This document shows, piece after piece, positions 18,416 to 27,814 of a stretch of DNA of 64,000 nt (positions are counted from its first letter, which is position 1; each line of letters opens with the position of its first letter). The stretch comes from Candidatus Shapirobacteria bacterium GW2011_GWF2_37_20 (lineage in GTDB: Bacteria; Patescibacteriota; Microgenomatia; UBA12405), in NCBI GenBank assembly GCA_000989305.1, contig LBTB01000006.1, positions 2,448-66,447 on the forward strand, given 5' to 3'. The notes below the pieces were generated by a model. That model searched no databases. It was not told the origin of the DNA and saw only the letters and a program-made list of their open reading frames with translations. Both the position numbers and the translations under genes were made by a program.

Positions 18416-19960
18416 TTAGAAGTATCCCTCTTTTTGCAGACGTTCTAATTTTTGGGGAGAAATATTGGTTTTTTGAGGGCTAGTTAGAATTTCTGCATCA
18501 GATTGTAAGCTGTCATAGTAACGCAAAACACTTATCTTTTTGTAAAGTGATTGGGTCAACTCGGGGTAAAGATTGGCGACGTTGTTTTTTTCGTCCGGAT
18601 CGATAACTTTGTTGTAGAGGAAGGATTGCTCAGAACTGCTGGCAATATTGGGCAAATAGTATAGCCAATTCTGGTTTAGAAGAAGCTGTCCTTCAAGGTT
18701 TTCACTATAAATAAACCTTTCGTTGTCATCTATTTGAGAATCCAAGTTCGACAAAAGCGATTTTCCTTGCAGATTTAATGATAAATTTATGCCGACTAAT
18801 TCTAAGATGGTGGGAAAAATATCAATATTGCCCGTGGTTGACTTAATAATTTTGGGTGAAACTTTGGGGTAATTAACGATAAGCGGAGTGTAATAGAGAT
18901 CAGAATGGTGGTTGCTATCATGACCCAAAGTACCGTATTCTCCAAAAGATTCTCCATGGTCGGACATAATGATAGTTACGGTGTTTTTCAAATATCTTCT
19001 TTCATTTATTTTTTTAAAAAGTGGAGCTAAACTTTGATCGACCTGACTTACCATGGAGTCATACATCATCCGAAGGTAGATTAAATGAGAAGGGTTCTTT
19101 ATATCAAAAGTTTCCAGATAAGAGTTATAGATGGGCATCCAATTATCAATGAAAATATTTTCCCGGTCGGAATATTGATCGTAAAGTTTATAAAATAATT
19201 GAGAAACACTGGTGTCATTTGGCTTATCAGGAGAAAGGAAGATTGAACTATACTGATCGATTACTTCTTTTTTAAATACTTCGGAAGAATGTTTCTTTAA
19301 ATAATCGTTGAATATTGGCTCAAACTCTAGTTGATTAATCGGCATTTTTGGAGGGGCAGTAAGGGTGTTGTCGATAGGTTTAGCATCATTGCTGATTAGA
19401 TAGGGAAGATGTAAGTCGTCTCGGTAATAGTGAATAAACCAGGGTTTAGGTTTTTTTGATAATTGAGTAATTACCTCTGTTACATTTTCGGTGGTAATCA
19501 GATCATAGCCAACCAAGCCACCGTTTTCTCTGGTTAAGGTTGAGGTGTTATCGTCTTTACCTATAAACACCGTGTAGTAACCCTGGCCTTGAAGAGTTTT
19601 GGCTAGAGTGGCTTTGGAGTCATCGAGTTTGTGAACATAAGGAAAACGCACCCGATGGAAGGTAGGATAAAGCGAAGTGATGGTTGAGAAAATGCTTGGG
19701 AGCGTCCAATTTGCTGGCGAATAATTGTTTTTAAAAAGAAGGGATTTGTTGGCAAAATCGCAAATGTTGGGGGTAGTATTTCGATGATATCCGTAACAAG
19801 GTAATTCATCAGCCCGTAAAGTATCGATATCGATAAGTAAAATATTGCAATGATCACAGACCTTTTCCGGTACTTGCTTATTTATCCGATGGTTTATGTA
19901 AAAAAACCCAATGACTACTAACCCAAATAAAATAAAAATTTTTTTGTTTGTCGGGCTCAT
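18416..19960 (-). CDS. Sulfatase-like hydrolase/transferase (alkaline phosphatase superfamily), membrane-anchored
   Basis: NILLIDIDTLRAD, GYHRNTTPN, WTLPS, HLPY, SDHGE, DIFPTILEL, DPDEKNN. Confidence 0.88.
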   Translation of the reverse strand: MSPTNKKIFILFGLVVIGFFYINHRINKQVPEKVCDHCNILLIDIDTLRADELPCYGYHRNTTPNICDFANKSLLFKNNYSPANWTLPSIFSTITSLYPTFHRVRFPYVHKLDDSKATLAKTLQGQGYYTVFIGKDDNTSTLTRENGGLVGYDLITTENVTEVITQLSKKPKPWFIHYYRDDLHLPYLISNDAKPIDNTLTAPPKMPINQLEFEPIFNDYLKKHSSEVFKKEVIDQYSSIFLSPDKPNDTSVSQLFYKLYDQYSDRENIFIDNWMPIYNSYLETFDIKNPSHLIYLRMMYDSMVSQVDQSLAPLFKKINERRYLKNTVTIIMSDHGESFGEYGTLGHDSNHHSDLYYTPLIVNYPKVSPKIIKSTTGNIDIFPTILELVGINLSLNLQGKSLLSNLDSQIDDNERFIYSENLEGQLLLNQNWLYYLPNIASSSEQSFLYNKVIDPDEKNNVANLYPELTQSLYKKISVLRYYDSLQSDAEILTSPQKTNISPQKLERLQKEGYF

Positions 19961-20003
19961 CTATTGTCTTTACTATAACATTGCTATTTAGTATAGTGAA
20001 AAT

Positions 20004-21395
20004 ATGAAAACAAAAGTACTAATAGCTGTAATTTTATTAACCATAGTAATTATATTTTCAAAGTATTTACCGCAGAAGGCGACAGAGTCAAATAAAAAAA
20101 GCAACTTGATAATAATCTCTTTAGATGGCTTGCAGGCAAAACATCTAAATAGCTACGGATATACCTTGAATACCACCCCTAATTTGGATGCTTTTTTAAG
20201 TCAGTCAACTTTGTTTACAAAAACGATAAGCCCATCATCCTGGACAGTACCGACTCATATGTCAATTTTTACTTCAATGTATCCATCTGAACATAAAGTA
20301 ATAAATAAATTTAGTGACTATGATATGAAAACTAAAAAAGGGGTAATTGCTAACTTAAAAAAACTTTCACCTGACGCAGTAACACTGGCTGAGGTTCTCA
20401 AAAATGAGGGTTATGCCACCGGAGGTTTTACTGGCGACGCTGGAGTTGGTCCCCAGTTTGGTTTTGACCAAGGTTTTGATACTTATTTTGAAACTGAAAC
20501 TTTTGGTGGAATGGATGGGAGTGTTCCAAAAGCAATTGAATGGTTGACCCAAAACAAGGACAAGCCATTTTTTCTATTCCTTCACGGATATGATGTTCAT
20601 GGTCAACATGAACCAAAAGATGGTTTTGATTATAGATACGTTAATAAGCCATACACCGGGAAATATACCGGAAGTAAGGTCGAACAGGGAAAACTGCGGG
20701 AGGAAGCATTGGCTAATGGCGGAATGTTGAAAATGTCGGATGAAGATGTGGCATTTTGGAGGGCAATTTATGATGAAAAAATAAATAAGATGGATTTGGA
20801 GTTTAAGAGTTTTATGGACCAGATAAAGGAGATGGATATTTTAGATAATACGGTGGTAATGATTATCAGTGATCATGGAACTGAATTCTTTGAACATAAA
20901 AGCATTGACCATGGAGCTACGTTGTATGGCGAACTCGTGAACGTGTTGTTTGCAATTCGTCAACCTAGGCAGGAAGAAGGTAGAAAAGTTGATCAACTAG
21001 TCAGTACTTTTGATATCATGCCGACCGCTTTGGATTTACTAGGTATCAATAATCCGGTTCCTCAACAAACAAAGGGGGCGAATATAGTCCCAGCCCTAAA
21101 GGGAGAAAATGTGGCCCACGACATTTATATTGAAACCGATTACCGACTATATACCTTTAAGAGGAGCCTGCAGACACCAGATAACTGGAAACTTATTTTA
21201 ACCTTAGACAGTGGAAAAAAAGAACTTTATAACCTTAATGACGACCCTAATGAATTGAAAAATTTGATAGAGGAAAATCCAGAAAAGGGGTTCGAATTAG
21301 AGCAAAAATTATTGACTCATATCGAGGCCACCTCAGGTCAAAGAAATGCTAGCCAATTAGGATGCTCACCTGTTTATGGTGATCAGTGTAAATAA
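20004..21395 (+). CDS. Sulfatase-like hydrolase/transferase
   Basis: NLIIISLDGL, TTPNLD, WTVPTHMSIFTS, YDVH, SDHGTE, DIMPT, ELYNLNDDPNE. Confidence 0.9.
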   Translation: MKTKVLIAVILLTIVIIFSKYLPQKATESNKKSNLIIISLDGLQAKHLNSYGYTLNTTPNLDAFLSQSTLFTKTISPSSWTVPTHMSIFTSMYPSEHKVINKFSDYDMKTKKGVIANLKKLSPDAVTLAEVLKNEGYATGGFTGDAGVGPQFGFDQGFDTYFETETFGGMDGSVPKAIEWLTQNKDKPFFLFLHGYDVHGQHEPKDGFDYRYVNKPYTGKYTGSKVEQGKLREEALANGGMLKMSDEDVAFWRAIYDEKINKMDLEFKSFMDQIKEMDILDNTVVMIISDHGTEFFEHKSIDHGATLYGELVNVLFAIRQPRQEEGRKVDQLVSTFDIMPTALDLLGINNPVPQQTKGANIVPALKGENVAHDIYIETDYRLYTFKRSLQTPDNWKLILTLDSGKKELYNLNDDPNELKNLIEENPEKGFELEQKLLTHIEATSGQRNASQLGCSPVYGDQCK

Positions 21396-21399
21396 GACT

Positions 21400-22416
21400 T
21401 TATCCGGTAATCTTGGAAAGGTGGGGTATTTTAGAAACTAGAAATGCTAGTAGGTATGAGGGAATTAGGGTGGCTAATAAAAAAAAGAAGGGATGGGAAA
21501 GAAACGGATGGGGAATAAGTATCCACGTAATTTCGATAATAATCACATGAACCAGATAAACAAAGAATGAGTAAGAAGCTATTTTATTAATAAAAACTGT
21601 CTTATGTTTAAAGCGACTGAAAATATAGAAAAATAGAGCTGAAAAAACAAGAGTATAAATAAAATTGACGGGACGCCAATTGGAATAAAATGAAAGATAA
21701 TTTTGGTTTTGCAGATAAAGATTTCTTCCCTCCAGGGTAATGTAGCCCGCCAAAATTAGAAAAACTGAAATAAATAATATCTGATATTTTTTGACAAAAT
21801 CCAATATTTTTACCTGATGATGGCTGGCTAAAATTCCTAAAACAAAAATATTAAAATTTAAGAGAAAAACAGAGACAGGGTGAGGAAAAGGTAGGGGTTG
21901 AAAATAGTAATCAAGAGACAGGAGCGATAGTTGAACAATAAGCAGAAAAATAAGAATAAATTTACGGGCAAAGAACTTAATGTGGCGATGAAGAAAAGGA
22001 AATACTAAATAAAAAATAAATAGTGAGGGAACAAAATAGAGTTGGTATGAGGCGTCACCTAAAAGAAAAGCGGTAAAAAAACTTTTGGTGTTGATGGTAT
22101 AAACAAAGTAATAATATATAAGGCTCCAAAAAAGATAAGGTAAAAATAAACGGGAAAAGCGTTTTTTTAAATAAGAAAAATAGTTGAAATCCTGGGGATA
22201 ATTTAATTCCAAAACAAAGGCAGAAATAAAGAAAAATAAGGGAACAGCAAAACGAAAGGCTTGGTTTAAAAATAAGGTAAATGTTTGATTTACCAAATCG
22301 TAATTATAATATTCAAGAATTTTGGTAGAGGTGTGAATTAAAACAACAGAAAAAATAGAAACAATCCTTAATAAGTCGATTGAAGGGTTGTATTTTTTTG
22401 AAATTGGCACCGACAT
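21400..22416 (-). CDS. Acyltransferase 3 family membrane protein
   Basis: IDLLR...VVLIH, RFAVPLFF, KRFSRLFLPYLFW, YQLYF, SFFVYLVH. Confidence 0.9.
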   Translation of the reverse strand: MSVPISKKYNPSIDLLRIVSIFSVVLIHTSTKILEYYNYDLVNQTFTLFLNQAFRFAVPLFFFISAFVLELNYPQDFNYFSYLKKRFSRLFLPYLFWSLIYYYFVYTINTKSFFTAFLLGDASYQLYFVPSLFIFYLVFPFLHRHIKFFARKFILIFLLIVQLSLLSLDYYFQPLPFPHPVSVFLLNFNIFVLGILASHHQVKILDFVKKYQILFISVFLILAGYITLEGRNLYLQNQNYLSFYSNWRPVNFIYTLVFSALFFYIFSRFKHKTVFINKIASYSFFVYLVHVIIIEITWILIPHPFLSHPFFFLLATLIPSYLLAFLVSKIPHLSKITG

Positions 22417-22461
22417 AGGGAAGTTTAACAGGTGAGAGGTGAAAGTTGGTATTATTAATTA

Positions 22462-23538
22462 GTGATCAATACGCAAAGAAAAACAAAAATTGTGGCGACG
22501 CTTGGTCCGGCAAGTGAAACGGAAAGTAAGATAAGACAATTAATAGAAGCGGGAGTAAGTGTTTTTAGACTAAATATGAAATACGGAGAGAGAAAGTGGC
22601 ACGAGAAAAGAATTGAACTGATCCATAAAATCGGAAAGGGCCAGATACCGGTATTGTTAGACCTGCCAAGAAGTGATTTTGAAATAATTGAAGGAGCTGA
22701 TGTTTTGGCCTTGTCTTATGTAAAAAGCGCAGAAGAAATAAAAAAATTAAGAGAAAGGTTGAAGAGGAAGAATCAAGAAAAAACAATTATTGCTAAGATC
22801 GAAAATATGTCTGCAATAAGAAACCTAAAAGAAATAGTGGCTGAGGCCGATGGAATAATGGTAGCCAGAGGCGATTTGGGACGAAAAGTTCCAATAGAGG
22901 AGTTGGCTTTTTTACAAGAAAGAATTATTGACGAGTCAAGAAGACAAAATAAAGCAGTAATAGTGGCCACAGAAATGTTGTTGTCTATGACAAAAAACAG
23001 AGAACCGACCAGAGCAGAGGCCTCGGACGTGGCTCATGCTGTTTTTGACGGAGCTGATGCTCTGATGCTATCAGAGGAAACGGCAATCGGAAATTACCCT
23101 GAGGAATCGGTAAATACTATGTCCAAAATCGTTAAATTTAGTGAAGAAAATGGGCAAATAAAAAGTATTTTAAGTAAAAGTACCAGCTTTGCCGATAATC
23201 TGATAGAGGCGGCGGTTGGGGTGGCAACTCAGAGTGACAGGGTGATTGTGTTTACAAAATCTGGAAATTCGGCCAGGAAGTTAAATAATTACCGTCTAAA
23301 ACAAAATATAATTGCCGTGACCGATGAAGAAAAAACGGCCAGTTTATTGGCATTTTCCTTTGGAGTAATCCCCTATTTTAAGAAATTTAATGAGGGTAGT
23401 TACAGTCGTGAAGATAAATTTTTTACGGAGTTAATTGAAAAAAAATTGATTAAAAAAGGACAAAAGTTATTAATAATCCACGGCAACAACTGGTTAGAAA
23501 GCGGTTCAATTAATAACTTAAGTTTACTGGAACTTTAG
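22462..23538 (+). CDS. pyk: Pyruvate kinase lacking the B (lid) domain
   Basis: [47 protein letters not shown]; only 358 aa. Confidence 0.9.
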   Translation: MINTQRKTKIVATLGPASETESKIRQLIEAGVSVFRLNMKYGERKWHEKRIELIHKIGKGQIPVLLDLPRSDFEIIEGADVLALSYVKSAEEIKKLRERLKRKNQEKTIIAKIENMSAIRNLKEIVAEADGIMVARGDLGRKVPIEELAFLQERIIDESRRQNKAVIVATEMLLSMTKNREPTRAEASDVAHAVFDGADALMLSEETAIGNYPEESVNTMSKIVKFSEENGQIKSILSKSTSFADNLIEAAVGVATQSDRVIVFTKSGNSARKLNNYRLKQNIIAVTDEEKTASLLAFSFGVIPYFKKFNEGSYSREDKFFTELIEKKLIKKGQKLLIIHGNNWLESGSINNLSLLEL

Positions 23539-23978
23539 TTTTTGTAATAAGACTTGATTTGAAAGAGGATATAAAAGGAAATAATTCCGTTGATAATAAC
23601 TGAAGCAAGTTTTAAATCTAAAAGATAACTGAGCAGAGAAAGGAGGGAGGCATAAAACATATATTTCCAAGACATTTGGGTTCTTTTAAAAAGACCAGGG
23701 ATAGCCATGGCACCCAAAACCAGGGCGGCAAGTGAAATTAAAGCGGTAACAGAAAAAGAAAATCCGCTTTGAAAGCCACCAACATAAGCCAAAGGCATGG
23801 CGACAGCAGTTAAACCAAAAGCCAACAGTATGGCTGGAATTGTAAGTATTAAAACAAGCAGATAAAGATAAGGACTATATTTGACAATAAATTCCTTAAC
23901 ATTTTCCGGCATAGCCGGAGCTTTTTTTCCGAAATATAAATCTAATTTTTTCTCGATTTGACCAAGATATTTGTTCAT
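23535..23978 (-). CDS. Hypothetical membrane protein
   Basis: About four hydrophobic segments. Confidence 0.75.
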   Translation of the reverse strand: MNKYLGQIEKKLDLYFGKKAPAMPENVKEFIVKYSPYLYLLVLILTIPAILLAFGLTAVAMPLAYVGGFQSGFSFSVTALISLAALVLGAMAIPGLFKRTQMSWKYMFYASLLSLLSYLLDLKLASVIINGIISFYILFQIKSYYKN

Positions 23979-23993
23979 TTTATTTGATTAAAA

Positions 23994-24725
23994 TTATAAT
24001 TTTTTATCAGCTATTTTTTGAAAATGAGCAACCTCATTACTGACCCGAAGGAGAGATTCAAAAGTACCGGCATCTTCCCAGGTTCCAGTAAAAGTGTTAA
24101 CTTTTAATTCACCTTTATTTAAATAAAATTTATGCAAATCCGTGATTTCTATTTCTCCTCTGGCAGAGGGAACTAAATCTTTGGCCGCCTGACAAACACG
24201 GGAATCAAAGGTGTAAAGACCAACAATGGCATAGTTACTTTTGGGGTTAACTGGTTTTTCTTCAATGCTTAGGACTTCCTGCTTGGGACCAAACTCAACT
24301 ACACCATAACGTTCCGGATCCGGGACTTCTTTGGCAAAAATCATACCACCACTCTTAAAAGACTTGATACTTTCAGAGAAATTTTGATTGATAAAAATAT
24401 TGTCACCTAGAATCATGGTAACGTTGTCACCGTCAATAAAGTGTTCGCCGATAACAAAGGCATCTGCCAAACCACGAGGTTCTTTTTGAACAATATAACT
24501 AAAATGAACACCAAACTCGGAGCCATCACCCAAAAGATTTAAAAATTGGCCGGAATAATCCGGAGCGATGATTATTAAAATATCCTTGATGCCGGCATCA
24601 ATTAAGGTCTGGAGAGGATAATAGATCATGGGTTTATCGTAAACCGGCAGGAGTTGTTTGCTAGTAACTGAGGTTAGTGGACGTAAACGGGTGGCTCGTC
24701 CACCAGCTAAAATAATACCTTTCAT
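23994..24725 (-). CDS. Sugar-phosphate nucleotidyltransferase (glucose-1-phosphate thymidylyltransferase, RmlA/SpsI-like)
   Basis: GIILAGGRATRLRP, KQLLPVYDKPMIYYP, LGDN, IEEKP, SARGEIEITD, WEDAGT. Confidence 0.93.
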   Translation of the reverse strand: MKGIILAGGRATRLRPLTSVTSKQLLPVYDKPMIYYPLQTLIDAGIKDILIIIAPDYSGQFLNLLGDGSEFGVHFSYIVQKEPRGLADAFVIGEHFIDGDNVTMILGDNIFINQNFSESIKSFKSGGMIFAKEVPDPERYGVVEFGPKQEVLSIEEKPVNPKSNYAIVGLYTFDSRVCQAAKDLVPSARGEIEITDLHKFYLNKGELKVNTFTGTWEDAGTFESLLRVSNEVAHFQKIADKKL

Positions 24726-24743
24726 AAATATATTAATTAATAA

Positions 24744-25919
24744 CTATTTGGATTTTTTCCAAATAAATTTGTTGTACATTAACCAATTGTAGGGTAAAAC
24801 CAGAAAAAGAATAATAAAGGGCAAAAGGAGTTGTCGATACTGAGCTCCAAAAATAGCGACACCTAAACTACCAACCACTGTTTGGATTAGAAGGGCACCG
24901 GCAGAAGTTAGGTTGAATTGGAAAAATTTGCCAATTAGCTGGGTGCCGGAAATGGTGGTGGACTTGAAAGTCCAAAGATTGTTTAAAGTGAAATTGCTAA
25001 TAATGGCCAGTTCAGTTGAAAGAAGCCAGGAAAGCCATTCGACACCCCAAAGCCGGGAAAATAGAGCCAAAGTACTGGCATTGATTAAATATCCGACAAA
25101 ACCAACAGTACCAAATTTAAGGAATTTTTGGGTGAATTCATCAAACCAACGAAGTTTAATCGCCACGATAAAAATGTCTTTGGCAGTTTTTGATTCAATC
25201 TTTGATTCACCGGCATTTCTAACTTTAAATTCAAGCGGAACTTCTTTAAATTTGGCACCCATTTTTAAGGTTTCAAAGAGAAGCTGAAGCTTATAACCAA
25301 AACTCTTGGTTAAAAGATGATTTTTGTAATCTAAACTCATTTTGTCGACATAACCCTTGACTCGGGTAACCTTAAGGCCGGTAGTGGGATCGGTTACTTT
25401 AAAAAAGTTTTTAAAAGGGAAAAACATAATAAAGCGGGCAGTAAAACCTCCAAACTCAGAAAAGAAAACTCGTTTAAAACCCCAGCCCTTGGGGTTACTA
25501 CCGCCTTTGATTTTGCGGGAGCCGATAACATAGTCATAACCCTCATCCATGGCTTGGAGCATGCTTGGAATGGTCTCAGGAGGGTGTTGAAAGTCACCAT
25601 CAAATTCAAAGACGTAATCAGCTTTTAATTCTTCCATGGCATATTTGAAACCCTTGAGATAGGCGGCACCGATACCGTCTTTACTGGTTTCTGTGTAAAG
25701 GTGGGTGTTGGCATATTTTTTAGATTTATCTTGTACAACTTTTCCGGTACCATCGGGTGAATTTCCATCAACTACCAAAATTTTCATATCCCACTTTTTT
25801 GGCAAAGAGGGAAAGGTTTTGGTATTTAAATATTCAATCATTTTGCCGATATTGTCGGCTTCATTATAGGTGGGAATAACGATGACAGCAGTTTCTTTTG
25901 TATTTTTTTTGGTCAACAT
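24744..25919 (-). CDS. GT2 polyprenol-monophosphate sugar synthase (DPM1-like) fused to a GtrA domain
   Basis: IPTYNE, VVDGNSPDGT, FDGDFQH, IGSR, GESK; C-terminal FLKFGTVG...NFTLNNLWTF. Confidence 0.9.
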   Translation of the reverse strand: MLTKKNTKETAVIVIPTYNEADNIGKMIEYLNTKTFPSLPKKWDMKILVVDGNSPDGTGKVVQDKSKKYANTHLYTETSKDGIGAAYLKGFKYAMEELKADYVFEFDGDFQHPPETIPSMLQAMDEGYDYVIGSRKIKGGSNPKGWGFKRVFFSEFGGFTARFIMFFPFKNFFKVTDPTTGLKVTRVKGYVDKMSLDYKNHLLTKSFGYKLQLLFETLKMGAKFKEVPLEFKVRNAGESKIESKTAKDIFIVAIKLRWFDEFTQKFLKFGTVGFVGYLINASTLALFSRLWGVEWLSWLLSTELAIISNFTLNNLWTFKSTTISGTQLIGKFFQFNLTSAGALLIQTVVGSLGVAIFGAQYRQLLLPFIILFLVLPYNWLMYNKFIWKKSK

Positions 25920-25951
25920 AGATTTATCTTAACACAATGTTAAAATACATT

Positions 25952-26593
25952 ATGAAATTTGACATTATTACCCTATTTCCCGAAATGTTTGCGGGTGTTT
26001 TTGACGTGAGCATAATTGGTAGAGCTAAAGAAAAAGGGTTGGTGGAAATTAATTTTCATCAAATGAGAAAATGGGCTTGGAATTCCTACGGGGCAGTGGA
26101 TGACCGACCTTACGGTGGAGATGTAGGTATGCTGATAAGAGTAGACGTAATCGACAAGGCCTTAAAAGAGATTAAGGGGGAGAAATCACATATCATTTTG
26201 ACGTCGGCACGCGGTAAAAGATTTACACAAGAAGATGCAAAAAGATTGGCTAAAGAAAAAAATCTTATAATAATTTGTGGCCACTATGAAGGTTTTGATG
26301 AAAGAATCTCCTCTTTGGTGGATGAAGAAATTTCGATTGGCGATTATGTGTTGACTGGTGGTGAAATCCCAGCAATGGTAATTACAGATTCTGTGAGCCG
26401 ATTATTACCGGGGGTACTGGGTAAAGATGAGTCAAGTCAGGTAGAAAGTTTTTCCGATCCAGAAAAAAACATCGAGTTTCCTCAATATACCAGACCAGCA
26501 GAATATAATGGACAAAAAGTTCCGGAAGTATTAATGTCGGGAGATCCAAAAAAAATTAAAGAGTGGCAGAAAAAGTTTACGGAGAAAGGGTAG
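25952..26593 (+). CDS. trmD: tRNA (guanine37-N1)-methyltransferase
   Basis: MKFDIITLFPEMF, VDDRPYGG, CGHYEGFDER, SIGDYVLTGGE, PQYTRP. Confidence 0.97.
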   Translation: MKFDIITLFPEMFAGVFDVSIIGRAKEKGLVEINFHQMRKWAWNSYGAVDDRPYGGDVGMLIRVDVIDKALKEIKGEKSHIILTSARGKRFTQEDAKRLAKEKNLIIICGHYEGFDERISSLVDEEISIGDYVLTGGEIPAMVITDSVSRLLPGVLGKDESSQVESFSDPEKNIEFPQYTRPAEYNGQKVPEVLMSGDPKKIKEWQKKFTEKG

Positions 26594-26849
26594 TCAGGGC
26601 GATAATAACGGCAAATAAGGCTAGAAGAAAATATTCCAAAATAATTGAGAACTGAAGATCGCCACGACGGTAGTGATGGTAAAGACTCCAAATCAAATAG
26701 ATGCCAGAGGTAACATAAACAACCCGACGCTGATCATGGGCATCAAAATTCTGACGGAAATAAAAAAATACAAAAGCGGCTATTATTAATATTACTCCCA
26801 AAATAAGGTAGTTTAGAGGATGTTTTTTGATTTCCTTGAAAATAACCAT
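26577..26849 (-). CDS. Small membrane protein
   Basis: Three hydrophobic segments; W...HHYRRGDL...ILEY. Confidence 0.7.
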   Translation of the reverse strand: MVIFKEIKKHPLNYLILGVILIIAAFVFFYFRQNFDAHDQRRVVYVTSGIYLIWSLYHHYRRGDLQFSIILEYFLLALFAVIIALTTLSP

Positions 26850-26852
26850 AAT

Positions 26853-27725
26853 TTAGAAAATGGTCCCCTGACGACCAAAAATTAACAACATTAGGATAAT
26901 TAATAAGAAGCCAATATGACTGGCTGAAGAACCGGTTAAGCGAGGGGTGTTATTTTTGAGGGTGATATAAGAATCAATAATCAAAACACCAAGAATTAGG
27001 GTAAAAATTATGGTACCAATAATTTTACTGATTAATAGCGGGCTGATCAGAGACGGGGTAACAGCACTGGTTCCGAGAGATTGAGTGGAAATAAGTGGCT
27101 CGGGAGCAGTTACGACGTCTGGGCTTGGGGCAGTAGTTTGTTTTTTGACGGCAACTTGGGTATTGAGGGGGGTAGCAAAATGTTGGACAACAAGGGTGGT
27201 CTTTACACCACTTAAAACTCCATTAATCACGGCAATACCAATTTCCTGGTATTTATCGTTAATAATATTATCCCGGTGAGTCGGAGAATTCATCCAGGCT
27301 TTTATAAGTCCATCGGTATCATAGAAATCTTTAGCCAAATTCTCTCCGGCAATGGAATACTTATAGCCAGCAGATTTGAAAAAATCCCAAGGGGTCTTAC
27401 CGGCAGGAGAATTGTGAGACCAATAGTTGTTGCTAAACATGTCGTTGGCTTTGGCGGCAGCAGACTGTGAAAGAGTGTCATTATATTCCAGGACAGGAAG
27501 GCCCAATTTTTGCCGTTCACTATTGGTTTGGTTGAGAACCTTTTGGGCAGTGATTTCTGAAGAATAACCCAAAATTCCAGGCTTTAAGACAGTCAGGGAT
27601 TGAATAATGGATTGATTGAGTAAGTAAAGAGCAATAAAGATGCCTAAAAATGAAGGTCGAAGTAGCAGAGCCCGGTGATTATTTTTTTCCTGAGGAATAA
27701 AGAGTAAAGATAAAAATCCGGCCAT
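26853..27725 (-). CDS. CAP (SCP-like) domain membrane-anchored protein
   Basis: TNSER, KANDM, YWSHNSP, AGENLA, WMNSPTHRDNI, EIGIAV, VQHF; C-terminal TM helices. Confidence 0.92.
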   Translation of the reverse strand: MAGFLSLLFIPQEKNNHRALLLRPSFLGIFIALYLLNQSIIQSLTVLKPGILGYSSEITAQKVLNQTNSERQKLGLPVLEYNDTLSQSAAAKANDMFSNNYWSHNSPAGKTPWDFFKSAGYKYSIAGENLAKDFYDTDGLIKAWMNSPTHRDNIINDKYQEIGIAVINGVLSGVKTTLVVQHFATPLNTQVAVKKQTTAPSPDVVTAPEPLISTQSLGTSAVTPSLISPLLISKIIGTIIFTLILGVLIIDSYITLKNNTPRLTGSSASHIGFLLIILMLLIFGRQGTIF

Positions 27726-27785
27726 AAAATTAGTATAGCCGTAAGAGGAACTTTTTTAAAGGGAAGTTACTAATTGATGCTAATG

Positions 27786-27801
27786 GTGTAACTTGTTACA
27801 C
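27786..27801. promoter_or_regulatory. Perfect 7-2-7 inverted repeat overlapping a -10 box
   Basis: GTGTAAC-TT-GTTACAC within TTGATG-17 nt-TACACT. Confidence 0.45.
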
Positions 27802-27814
27802 TTATTTTATAAGT

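Noticed and set aside
14448-22416. Integrative element or prophage at tRNA-Gln
   Set aside because: No integrase, phage genes or duplicated tRNA 3' end were found by eye.
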